Positions 24,454 through 36,116 of a stretch of DNA of 64,000 nt are shown piece after piece (position 1 is the stretch's first letter; every line of letters starts with the position of its first letter). The stretch spans positions 3,162,001 to 3,226,000 of the forward strand of contig CM120649.1 of assembly GCA_051362555.1 (NCBI GenBank), read 5' to 3'. The notes beneath the pieces are model-generated. The model did not search any database. It worked only from the letters and a program-made list of their open reading frames with translations, and had not been told where the DNA came from. The position numbers and the translations under genes were made by a program. Source of the stretch: Lingula anatina. Taxonomy: Eukaryota; Animalia; Brachiopoda.

Positions 24454-27400
24454 TGATGATGAAAATGATGATGATGATTATGGTGGTGATAAAAAGAAAG
24501 CAAGTTTTGAGAAACAAATTATTATCACAATTACTGTACTAGCATCATTTCTATTATAATATTCTACCCGGTTTGTATTCTAGTTTTACCATGAAGTAGA
24601 GGAGTGCGATTACTGGATGAACCTTTGCCTGGCCACGCTTTATAAGAAGTTTGCAGACAGAGATATGGAGGGAGACAGGCAAAGTGCAATGCGCATGCTC
24701 AAGGAATTAGGGGTAAGTCTTCCGGTCAAATTGGCCAATCCTTTTTTTTTCTACGATAAAGTCTATTTAAATTGAATTTTTGATATCGTGTTTCTTTAAG
24801 CACACATTGCGCGATGCGCATGCTCAAGGAGCACGGAAAAAATTCCTTTGAATTGGTCAATACTTTTGTGAAATTTCTTGGATGCATTGTAAAGTGCAGG
24901 TCAGTGAAAGAACAATAAACAATGAAAAAAATACTGCTAAATATTCTATTAAATCATTTCCTCTTTTACAGGAGACGCTCCAAGCCTATTTACAGTGGCA
25001 GGCCCGTGTGGATAATTTATACGACAAAAGTAAAGACATTGTCCCTGTTAAAATGAGGACGCAAGCTTTAAAAGATCCTAAACCAGTTAGAGCGCTCTGT
25101 GCATACAAGGCAAATGGCGTAAGTACCAATTATGAGAAAAAAAGTTGAACCTGCTCACACAACGCGAAGAACCAAGCAAAAGATAAAAATAAGAAGCGGG
25201 GATGAACCACAAATCAAAAATTATTTCAAATAGCATGCAATTAGTTTTTCGAGTTTCACGGCTTTTTATGGTCGCTCCATTACAATATTTGTTTACCAAA
25301 AAGTGTATCGCTGATGATTTGGAAAAGATAAATAATACCCAAAAGTTCCATCTACACATTGAAAGTGCTACATGTACAATACATCATTGTTCATTTCAGG
25401 TCCAGATACAGGACGGAGAAGATCTGACACTTTTAGACAACACAGATCCAACAAAGTGGAAGGTAAAATAGCGATTGAAAACAAAATCCAAAACATAATT
25501 GTAACTCTTTTTCAGCTTTCCTTAGACAAAGTTAAACAGCTTACTATGTGCATTGGGCCTGTAAAAAACACCAAAGAAATTCTGCATTGCACCCCATATC
25601 TCCAAGGTAAACCATATTATATTATATTATATTATATTATATTATATTATATTATATTATATTATATTATATTATATTATATTTTGACAGGTAAAAACTA
25701 AGAAGGGTCCAGAGCTGTTTATACCTGCAGTGTGTGTTCTGATACCACCAATGGACGTAGACGCAGTAGAGGCAGCAACAAGGTAACTGTGTGATAAAAT
25801 ACACATGGTAAGCCAGAGACAATTAAAACCGTCGAACTCAGCGTCTTCATTTCCTTAGACGTCTTTATTTCTTTCACCTGCTATGATGAACCATCAATAC
25901 AAAGGACTAGAAACAGTGTACCGGTTGATATAACTGTTGATTAATTGTTATATATTGTACAAAAAAGGTTTATTGAAGATGAAAATACTTTGATTTCAGA
26001 TTACGGTTACAGTTGCTGGCCATTTGGACACAGTGTGTGAAGAGACTGGGAAAACAGATGATCACTCTCATGCAACTAGTTTTTAGAGATTGGAGTACTG
26101 AGGAGGTGAGTGACCTTGACCCAGCACCTGACCTTGACCTTATGACCCATAATGTGCTGCAATATATGCTCTAAACCTGTCGTCAAGATTAAGGCTGGTT
26201 GTTTAGATCTTACTGGTATGTATGTCGAAGTGAAACGATGCTGTTTTCCCATTGGATGCCTTGATCTCACAAAATCTCGAGAGACGAGGGTCTTTTAATG
26301 ACAACATGGCATTTTGAATTTTTCATTACCATTTTTTTCATTTAGTCTAATACTTTTAAAGCATGAAGTGCGTTGTAAACTTTTGAAAAGTGCAAATATG
26401 AAGGAATATTGCTTGGAAATGATTATTTGTGTGAGTTTGGTCTTGTTAGAAGGGGAGAGGGATTTTGGAAATGGATAAATGGGTGGGATGTTATGTGAAA
26501 GGCATTGGCTGTCATTGTTTTGGTTGGAAGAACATTGCGCTGCAACGGCACTTTTTTGGCAGCATGTTTGTGTCGAAGTAAGATGCTATATGAGTTTATA
26601 TGAGTACACACCCTTATTGTGCTTCATAATTGAAGACATTTTGTTAAGCGTGAATGAATACTGGTACTAAGTACATGCTGACATATTTTTTAATCCTCTT
26701 TTCGGTGCTTTATTATTTATATGAAAATGTAGCTACTTTGTTGACATAACAGGATACATTGCATTGCAACTAGAATGTTGGATTATATTTATTGGCCGAT
26801 TATCCGTTTGATCAATATTAGCATCGTACAGCATAAATAAGCACCTGTATATTTTGAAGGCAGCATGGTCGTGTCAAAGCTCCTCTGTTCTGTATAGTGT
26901 ATAGGGTATACTTCAGTATAATGTAACCTTAATAGAAATTATATTAAGAGGAAAAGAAGAGAGAAAAGGGAAATGTATACATTTGTCTGTGCACCTTTTG
27001 TTGCTTCAGTTACCCCATTTAATGTATATATCGTTTGGCCTGGCCTGTTTATTTCAGCCTTTTAGTACAGAAGAGCGGCAACAGGTAAAGTATGTTGTGA
27101 CGGATCCCCGCCCCCTTCCAACCAATCCCGTGTTGTGTTACTGCTGTACCCCATTTTGTGTTCAGTGATGTCGTTTGAAATGCATGTTATGTCTATGTTT
27201 TCTCATATACAACAAAATGGACTGTATTATTGTGTGATTGCGCATATATCTTTGTATCAATCTTTGCACCGAACTGCGTCTACTTTATTCTTGAAAGATT
27301 CATAATACTAACCCGTCAAATTTACATAACTCACCATTTCTGCTCAAGGATTTACAAATTTGTGCAAGATCTCCCTAGATTTAAAATGAAATAAAATATA

Positions 27401-30400
27401 ATATCTTTTCCACGTTCTTTACAATCTTCTGAGATATACGCTGAGGTTTTGAGTCTGTGTTAAACGAATGTACAAAAAAAAAAAAAATAAATAAATAAAT
27501 AAAAAAATAAAATAAATAAATAAATAAAAAACACGGCGAGATCAAATTACTTTGAAAATCAGAATACAGCACTACTGGTCGTTTTTATTAATCTCTTTCT
27601 CATATTGTTTGTCTGTGAATGATTCAAAACCTTCTTTATATTATAACCACAAATCACATTAATCGTTTCGTATCGAGCACGTTATGTATGTTAATGTCCC
27701 CACTTTGAGATAAATGAACCGTTTCCATCCCGCTATATGTTGACGTCATAGCAACCAGAACGTCACTAATACCTCGTGTCGTGACAACATATTTTACGAC
27801 ATTCTGCGTGAACAAATGGACCACTGCTGTCCTGGTGACTTTCTTGTATCTATGACTCTCCTTTTAAAATGGCACATAACATGTATTCTTCACACTTTGC
27901 ACGTCGGATGTCTTATAATAATCGCATGCACCGTATGACTGTGATTTCATTTACGGCGCATTACGTCATATAAATGAAGCGCATATTCAGTATTTTGTTG
28001 CAGTGTTTACTTGATCTTTGCTAACACTTTTAACTTTTCAGAGACCATCTTGAGCATGGCTCTTTCTTTCAATCGGATTGAAATTTTATCTCAGGTTTCG
28101 GCAGTTGCCTGTCTTTGTAGTGGCACTGTTGAAAATCTGTTTCTAGTTATTAATTGAAACGTGACAGAATGCTTTCATGGCTGAAACATCTTAGTATAGA
28201 AGCATATAACGTAGTGCAGCAGAGAAATACTGCGAAGAACGTAGACAAAAAACACATCTTTAAGCATTAATGATAATATAAGAGCTTATATATAGTAGTG
28301 CTTGCAGGCTTTCAGTTACACCACATAGAAAATCATTAAAAAAATAAAAGTACCTCTCGATCTAGTACATGAACTCTCACGACAGTATATTTACAATGGT
28401 TTTCTTGAGAGCATATCTTCTTTTTGCTTCTTCAACAGCCTTACCAAATGACTCTTTTATTTGAAAAACTGATGCCAGGTTAAAGGATATTCTTTTACAC
28501 ATGTACTCGATATGCATCTATCTTAAGTTCATTCAATGTCATAATTTATTTGTAGATCGCTCTACTTAGGTCGTTACCTAATGGCAAGAAAGACATGCTT
28601 CTGAAAATAATGGCACTTATAGAAGATACTTTGGGGAAGCACTGGAAAGATTACCCACAATTCGAGGAGCTTCTGGAACGATTTGGAAGGCTGAGGATTA
28701 TTCTACGCCAGGAACCGGTGGTGGACATTGAAGGTCTCTCTCTCTCTCTCTCTTCCTCCACCTCTCTCTTTCTTTCTCTGTCAAAAAGGATTCAGCTGGA
28801 TCCTATGACAATAGTCCGCTTTTTCAAGGCATATCATTTCTACATTATACCCGCATACCAGTAGGGTTCTAGAGATATGCACTTATGAACACCGTTTTGC
28901 ATAATTAATGTAATGTGCTTTTATGGATTTTTAAATGAGTTTTGATGTGTTTATTTTATGTTATATTTAGACGAAGCAGTGGTTACCACTATAGTTGTAC
29001 AGATCGGGACTTTGGAAGACCTAATGAGAAAATACGAGGTATGAATATTCATAAACTAGTTAGTTAGTTGCAAAGTGAAAAGAAATGATGGTAGTCCGCT
29101 AAGAATTGTAGTCCGTCCCCTCTTGGTTTGTACAGGTAGCGTTCGTCCCATACTCCGATACTTCCATTCCTAGGACTGCTTTTCCTGTCACAAGAGCTAG
29201 TTTGTGCATAAAAATAAAGTAAATAATAATAATAACCGATAAATAGGTGCATATTTAATATTGATATTTTTGATTTTTTAACATTCCAACAACCTGACTA
29301 TAGGTTAGGAAAAATTAGAATAACATTGCCTGCATTGGAATCGAGGAATCTGTTGATCTGTCACGTGAACAACACATTTTTCGTCATATTTGTCCAGACA
29401 AGTAATGCATAATTTTTCTGTTATCATATCAGGACTTCTGGATCTACTGGCAGACGTACAAAGTGATACTGGAGACTCTTCGCCAGCCTCATTTCATGTT
29501 GATCGTAGACAAGTGGGAACAGCTTAGATTTATCTCTACGGCACATTTCGTCAAGTGAGTATATACAGAGTAGTGGGGGGGGGGGGGGGGGGGGGGCACC
29601 AAAGGCAGAAGGTTATTATAACGTTACCATAACGTTTGTTTAACCAAAAAACGTTAAGAAAACGTTATGGTTAAGTTATAAAACGTTCAGTGTTTGCTGG
29701 GTGAGGCGAGGTGTGTAGATATTGATTCTAAATCATTATCATTGAACCGCGAATTTTTGAAAATTTTGATTTTTAATTTTCAAAGTTTTCCTTTCGCAAT
29801 AAGTGATGCTAGTTTAGGATTATTTTTCGCCGTGAGCCAGTACTAGAAAAGCATAAACCATGTGAATTCTGTCAACATTTTTGTAGAGAAGTACAGGTGC
29901 AGTTTTATAACATTTTCCTGTTCCTGTTATATCCTATTACCGTTTCCTTAACTAGATTCTGGCAGACTGAAATTACCGTTGACGACATCGAGAAGAGCGA
30001 GGAAATATCCGTGATCCACGAGACCCCCAAGCAGTCCCTCAAACCCGTGGACGTCCTGGACGCCGATCTCAGCCTTAGCACCGAAGAGAGAAAAGCCGAG
30101 ACTCAACAGTATGTAGAATCGGAGCAGGAGGAGCAGCGGAAGTTCATCATCAAGGGGGTCACGGACCCAGTTTCCGGTAACGTGATCAGTATGCAGCAGG
30201 CGATTGGCATGGGCGTCATCAACCAGGAGACCGGATGTTACGTCAATAAAGTTACAGGCGATTCCATGCCCATCCCTCAAGCCATGAACGAAGGGTTGAT
30301 TCAGGTGGAGTTTGCTACAGCGAAGAGGAGTAAAGAGAAGAAGAAATCCATAGGAGTTATCACCATAAAAACCGAGAGACAAAACAAACCTTACTCCATC

Positions 30401-30937
30401 GTCGGTGCGGTCAATCCTAAAACGGGAGCCGAAATTAGCGTTGCTGTCGCCTTGGAACAGGGGTTACTCAACGAGTCACGGGGAGTGTACGTCCACCCGG
30501 TGACCAAGCAAGAAATGACCTTATCAGACGCTATAGACGCTGGGCTACTCTTGGTGAAGTTTGACGAAAACGTCGAAGCTGATGTGACCACAAAAACCTA
30601 TGCTATCCACGCTGTCGTGGACCAGCGGCGGAAGGCACGTGTCTCATTCCAAGAGGCAGTTGACCATGGTCTCCTGGACAGGGACACGGGGTCCTACGTT
30701 AACAATGTCACTGGAGAGAAGATCTACGTGGCTGATGCCATTATGAGGGGGTTCGTTAAAGCCCACGAGGTGGACGACCCCAGTAAACTGGACATAGACG
30801 CCGAGAATAAGATCGTCGTGGAAAAAATGGAAAATATGAAGAAGAAGTTGTTAAAGCCAATGAAGGCTCTCAACGCGTTCAGATCTGCGGTTAAGGCTAG
30901 TAAGGTCCCCAATGGAAGTGTAAGCGCCAAAAAGTAA
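21631..30937 (+). CDS. Compact plakin-family cytolinker (~783 aa): spectrin-repeat/SH3 plakin domain plus C-terminal plectin repeats
   Basis: GT-AG exons with matching phases: 21631-21684, 22389-22517, 23400-23471, 23686-23799, 24041-24136, 24584-24712, 24972-25118, 25400-25462, 25691-25782, 26000-26105, 28556-28733, 28971-29038, 29433-29554, 29956-30937. Plakin motifs CLQWI..DMGSNM, NWAWIQ..CMDTHLSNAAAYHQF, IVPVKMR..PVRALCAYK, LLDN..KWKV, IPAVCVLIPP resemble plectin/dystonin/MACF. Confidence 0.9.
25615..25683. repeat. (ATATT)n microsatellite abutting a splice acceptor
   Basis: About 13 pentamer copies ending a few bases before the AG at 25689-25690. Confidence 0.9.
27058..27084 (+). CDS. 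Candidate 27-nt frame-preserving microexon (PFSTEERQQ) of the plakin gene
   Basis: tttatttcag|CCTTTTAGTACAGAAGAGCGGCAACAG|gtaaag, phase 0-0 inside a phase-0 intron. TGCATG at 27181 and TACTAAC at 27306 lie downstream. Confidence 0.5.
29956..30937 (+). CDS. Terminal plakin exon with about six plectin-type repeats
   Basis: Units such as DPVSGNVISMQQAIGMGVI, NKVTGDSMPIPQAMNEGLI, NPKTGAEISVAVALEQGLL, HPVTKQEMTLSDAIDAGLL, NNVTGEKIYVADAIMRGFV. Stop TAA at 30935-30937, then an AT-rich 3' UTR with several AATAAA. Confidence 0.92.
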
Positions 30938-32244
30938 ACATTGGGGATTAATTCTTACTGTTAAAGATGCCAACAGACCGGGATTAATAGTAAAAGGCGA
31001 CTACGAATGCGACAATATTCGGTGACAGGAAATGATGCAGCGTTCCTTTTCGCAGTGTGCCATACGAGACATTACTAAAAACATCGGCGGAATCCTTGAA
31101 ATATATTTAATGCCAAATGAAAGTAATAAAAACACTGTTTGAAGAGAATTCCGTCGACGACTAACATAGAAACTAACATAATACTGTTATTGCCATCCAG
31201 GGCTTAACAAAAAAATAAAAAAATGAAATATTATTTTAAAATATTAGCCATCAGATTTTTATAAATCTTTTTTTGCAATTTATATGAATATGTGTATACG
31301 TGTATTTTAACGGGATAAATTATTTGATTAACGCGGCATAAAAATAGGTAACGTGTGCTTTAAAGTTCATGATGCTGCTTTACGATACAAAGATAAGATA
31401 TTGAAGAATTTTCATTGACTGTTCCATGTGTAACAACATACGGTTTGTATATAGAGCGTGAACTTTCTGTGTCTGTATATTTGCATTTCTATATATGGTT
31501 TATTAAAAATGTTTTGGAAAATGATTAACGCTTCTTCGGACCAATAGAACAGTAAGTGAATCTTGAAGTACCTGTTCAAATATTAGATACAAGAATGTTA
31601 ACAGTTAAGTTATAGGGACACGTCATGTTTTATTTATTGAAGGAAATTGCTTTGTAAAGGCCTTTATAATGTTGTTCGAACCAGCTTTACCTCTTAAAAA
31701 TGTTGTTTTTATTAGTAGAAACAATTTGTAACATGTTTTTATAGTTACACTGGAAGCAAGTGCTCTCACTTTATTTCGTTATTCGTCGTTGCACTTTGTG
31801 TATTTTAATATATTTGCACTTTGTGAAAATCATTTTTGATTTGTTACTCATCTAAAAACTGTTCCTTATCGGCCAATAAATGGTTTTGGGATACATGTCT
31901 TTTACCGTTGTTGCACTCGATGTTGCTGAGGAGGATCCACACTATGCATTACCATACATACATGTACCATAATATACAATAAAATACATTGCCATGTACC
32001 TCAGTGGCGGATACGTGATAGTATACTTGCAATGTCTTTATACATGTATCCATACCATCTTGCTCTTTATTGTCAAAGGGGAAATTGCCAAAATTTCGAA
32101 GACTATAATTATTATTATTATTTTTTTAATGGTGTAACGCGCATGGTGTAACTTTAACAAAATCGACGTTCTACTGGTATACTGATACATAAATATAGGA
32201 TAAAAGATTTTGAAGCATATGTCAGCATTTGCATGATAAAACGA

Positions 32245-32352
32245 CCCAGCAATCACAGAACGATATTAATATGTTAAGATGACGTTCAGGTAACGTTATG
32301 ACGTTCTGGTAACGTTTTGGTAACGCCTTAATAATATTCTGGGTTTGCTGGG
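32245..32352. mobile_element. Small MITE with CCCAGCAA termini and 2-bp GA TSD (EnSpm/CACTA-like); related one-ended fragment at about 29613-29701
   Basis: ga|CCCAGCAATC...GTTTGCTGGG|ga with internal AACGTT-type subrepeats. The same GTTTGCTGGG end and AACGTT repeats occur in plakin intron 13. Confidence 0.6.
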
Positions 32353-32990
32353 GAAGGTCTGTAAATCTCAACGTTTTATAAAACAAACTATCAAGACAAG
32401 CAGAGAATGGTGTTACTGCTACGCCGTATGGCATCTATCATTGTATAAACACAGGGCGTTCTATATCTTATTGAAAGTTGTATATTTTATTGAAAGCAGC
32501 TAGCTAGTGCCCGTATGACATGAGGAAACTCTGTGAGTGACAACTAGTCCAAATGTTCCCTTGGTGTTGTGAAGACTGCTGCATGAAAGTTACATGCATC
32601 TTGCAAATGTCGGAAATATAGAATATATAGAAAGCGTCATGGGGATAAGACTTCACTGGGAACTGACGTCTATTATTCCAGTGCCAGATTTATTGGTCCT
32701 TGGAGGGGGGGGGGGGTCGGGGGGTACAGTCGAGACACCCTGACTGAGTTTTCAAGATAAACTGTGCGTTTTTATAATTCGAGCTTCCTCCCCTAGGTGA
32801 AAGTCGGGTCTCTTATTTTCTTAAATTTTTCTTATGGTTTGTTACTACTCCACGCGATAGAAAATGTCTACTTTCAGTATGCCATCTCTCTCTCTTTGTG
32901 TGTGTCTCCCTTCTACCATCGCTCAACAATCACATTTGCGAACCTGATTTCATCAAAGAAGGAACAGGGATAGCTTTGGATGGAGGGTGG

Positions 32991-33022
<32 letters not shown>

Positions 33023-34011
33023 AAGCATGCCCTGCTGCGTGTCTCTCTTTATATGCCATTGGGTCACTGAAATTTCCTACATTCGTGTGCGGCTGAAATA
33101 GGTATATAACTCAGCGTAGTTGTGTGGTCTGGTCTTTAGATATCATGCATTTAGCACAGAAGATTGTCTACAGATTCAAGTATCTGTCCACTCCCCCAGT
33201 TATTTCAATCATAAAATGTCCCTTTTTCTTCAAATTATTTCACACTAGCGAATCCAGAATCTTTGGTATCAAAAAACTCTCTCATAAATAATGCTATAAC
33301 ATATTTAAACACAGTGTGTAACTCTATACTGTGTTTTGTGATTTCACTTGAATAACGTTCCAGTGCGTGGTTTTCTCCTTTATTTCATTAATATATCAAA
33401 AATTATATCAGTACTTTAAGATGTATAAGATTAAAGTCAATGCACTTTGTGAAAAGGAGTATTGAAGACTATTACCTTCACATTTCACGCCCCCAACCAA
33501 TGCAGTGTATTATCAGTCATACAGTGCCGCCGGAATCTCCCCTTACTTACCCTCCGGGTCGCTGCGGGTTGTACGGACGGCCTGGCTCGGTTACTATGGA
33601 AATAACATTGTCATCCATACGCTGTTTGGTTTCTGTTAACAATAGTTTCATACCCTGCCAGTCGGGCAATTATCGTGACAAACTTTCTGCTAACAAAAGA
33701 GCCTAACCCTAGCTCGCTGAGATAAAGATCGAAGGTGAGCGTGGTCGCAATTAAGTGTTCGTCCAAGCGTTAATTGACCTTTAATGCGCGGTGGCTTCAC
33801 TCTACTTTGATCACTCTACTCTGATACGGAGATTTTAAGTATAAGAACTTGCCAACAAGTCGCTTTACCAAAAAGATTCGGTGATGACAGCAATTTTCGT
33901 GTACATTGTAGCTATGAATTGATTGAATTTACATAGAGTTTAATAAATGAATTTATGAATTTATTAAAGATCAAATAAAACACTACTTGTACATGTTATA
34001 TTTATTAGGCT

Positions 34012-34372
34012 TCAAACTGTCTTTACTATATACATATTATTAACAAGATTGAAATTTATTTTTGTCCTTATATTTCTATTAGTTTTGTTCATAGACGAAA
34101 TGCATTTTTTCTAAAAAGACTTGTCAGTTGTTTCAGTGATAAACATTTTGTTAGCCATATCTTTAATATAGTTCAGTCTATATTTGCATATAGGATCTCT
34201 CCCATCTACACCCGTAACATTTCTGTCCTTTCGTATTCGTTCATCAATCGTAAACAACCTTCCCATCAACTGAACGCAAAAGTTGCTGGGGAACTGGCCC
34301 GTTGTCGAATTTCGAATATTTCTTTATTTGACAAGGCGACGGGTGGCCGGCCGAAAGACTGATTCCTTGATT
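34012..34372 (-). pseudogene. BEN-domain gene terminal exon carried inside the Tc1 element (one frameshift, one nonsense codon)
   Basis: Acceptor tcctacag at 34373. Reconstructed ..EIFEIRQRASS(P)SNFCVQLMGRLFTIDERIRKDRNVTGVDGRDPICKYRLNYIKDMANKMF..SF*KKCISSMNKTNR fits the BEN pattern. TAG at 34113-34111 falls at the usual Trp. AATAAA at 34006-34001 follows the stop. Confidence 0.72.
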
Positions 34373-34914
34373 CTGTAGGACACAAAGTAGGAACTGTTTC
34401 TCTATCATTGTTTGATATGTAATTCAAAACGATAGGAATAGTTCATCTTTACGATCTAAAGCCCAAACTTAACCAAAAGCATTCTTCATACTTAAACGCA
34501 TCAAAAGAAATTAATTAAAAAACTGGATTACATTCTCTCGGGCTAACTTCACTGGTTGGCACGTGTCATCTCACATTAATAAACAATCAGTTCAGGTTAG
34601 CTTTATTCATGCTGGGTAAACACAGTGATTAAGCCCTGACTATTACATAATCACTACTGTGTGACACGCGTCGTCTAAAATTAATGTAAACATTGCGATG
34701 ACGCCCTTCAATCCAAACTAATCAATTGCACATAATTCTAAATCAACTGACACGTGTCAACAGGATTGTTTGTGTATCTGGACTTCCTAAATGGCCAATA
34801 AGTATTTTGTTTAATATGACATGTTTATGTCACTGATTTCCATGCCATCGTGTCACCTGCCAAGTGAACGGTATAAATCGACACTCAAATTTTCCAAATC
34901 ATCACAATTCCAAG

Positions 34915-35301
34915 ATGCCTCTTAGCGATTACGTGCGTCTGCGTATCATCGCCCTACGAGAACAAGGGGTGCGAATTAAAAACATAACCGCACAAATGGA
35001 AAATGAAGGGCATAAAGTGTCGCGACAAGCCATTTTCTATGCGTTAAAGAAATGCAACGAAGGGCTTGGTATTGCAGATAAGCCACGAAGTGGACGTCCC
35101 TCAAAGGTTGACCTGCGCCACATGAACGTTATAGACGAGGAGATGACCATATTAACGCAGAAAAGTGTATTATACAGTAATAAATATATTAATCACCTAA
35201 AGAAGGTGATTCCAGCGGTACTTGAGAGAGAAGGTCGTGCATCAGGCTACTTAACTAGCAACACGTGTAATAAAGGTAATGAGACATTGATATTTATTTG
35301 A
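34915..35301 (+). pseudogene. Tc1-like transposase remnant: N-terminal HTH joined to the C-terminal tail, DDE domain deleted
   Basis: MPLSDYVRLRIIALREQG..KVSRQAI..DKPRSGRPSK (paired-like HTH with GRP motif) runs almost directly into YINHLKKVIPAVLEREGRASGY. TATAAA at 34872. Confidence 0.85.
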
Positions 35302-36116
35302 TGTATTAGCTATTTAAAATGTTCCATTTTAACTACGCTTTTGTTGATCGTGACTTATTATCATCAAATAAAATTGTTATACGTGTTTTAAAACTAAGCC
35401 TGATTTGTTCTTCAGAGTTTTGTTCTAATATTTGACTTGCCTTTACTCGAGTCTTCTGTTGCAGTTGATACATAACCCGGTATTGTTTGCTCGTGTCGAT
35501 AGCAATCTCTTTGCATCAGCTATAATAGAAACCTTAAGTGAGGCAATTAAAAAGGGGCAGACCGTGTTCGTTGAACCGACTAATTTGGGTGTCCGAAAAG
35601 GATTGCTTGGGGATTCCCCTACCCTGTAATTATCATACGGCCTCTATTGTTCGACCATATGGGGCAGGGTTGGGAAACCATACGGCCATTTGGTAAGGGG
35701 ACATTCCGGCGGCACTGTATGTCGTTTTTTTGCAGTGCATATAATGAGATATTTCAATGTGAATAGGCCTATGTCGTATATAAAACACCTCTAAAACAAT
35801 AGGATAATGTCACCTTTTAAAAATAGCAGACTGTATGAGTAGATTTTTAAGACATGAAATAAAATAATAATTAATAGAAATGTACTGACTTTTAAAACAA
35901 GTATGAAAAAATTGGGAGCCTCAACAGTAAATTTTCAATATGCATCCGTACGTCATTCGGAAACAGGATCTGTTATTCTTTCCAGTCACGTTTTAAACCA
36001 GATGGAATCTGGCTTTCAGTCAATTTATCCTTTCTGGACAGCGCATGCTTAGTTTGTGATTTTAATTTCGACACTAAATTCGTCGTTTGTTCAAGGTAAT
36101 GGCGTCTGCCACGGGA

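Larger units (their letters stand above)
33522..35717. mobile_element. Tc1/mariner (IS630-Tc1-mariner) DNA transposon, internally deleted, 2196 bp
   Basis: 25-bp TIRs CAGTGCCGCCGGAAT(C/G)TCCCCTTAC with one mismatch, TA duplicated on both sides (33520-33521, 35718-35719), transposase remnant inside. Confidence 0.92.

Noticed and set aside
29948-30930. Antisense ORFs over the last plakin exon
   Set aside because: Shadow frames of a GC-richer coding exon.
32980-33021. Long poly-G tracts (many in the window) as functional G-quadruplexes
   Set aside because: They are common throughout, often within MITE remnants, and homopolymer length is unreliable in assemblies.
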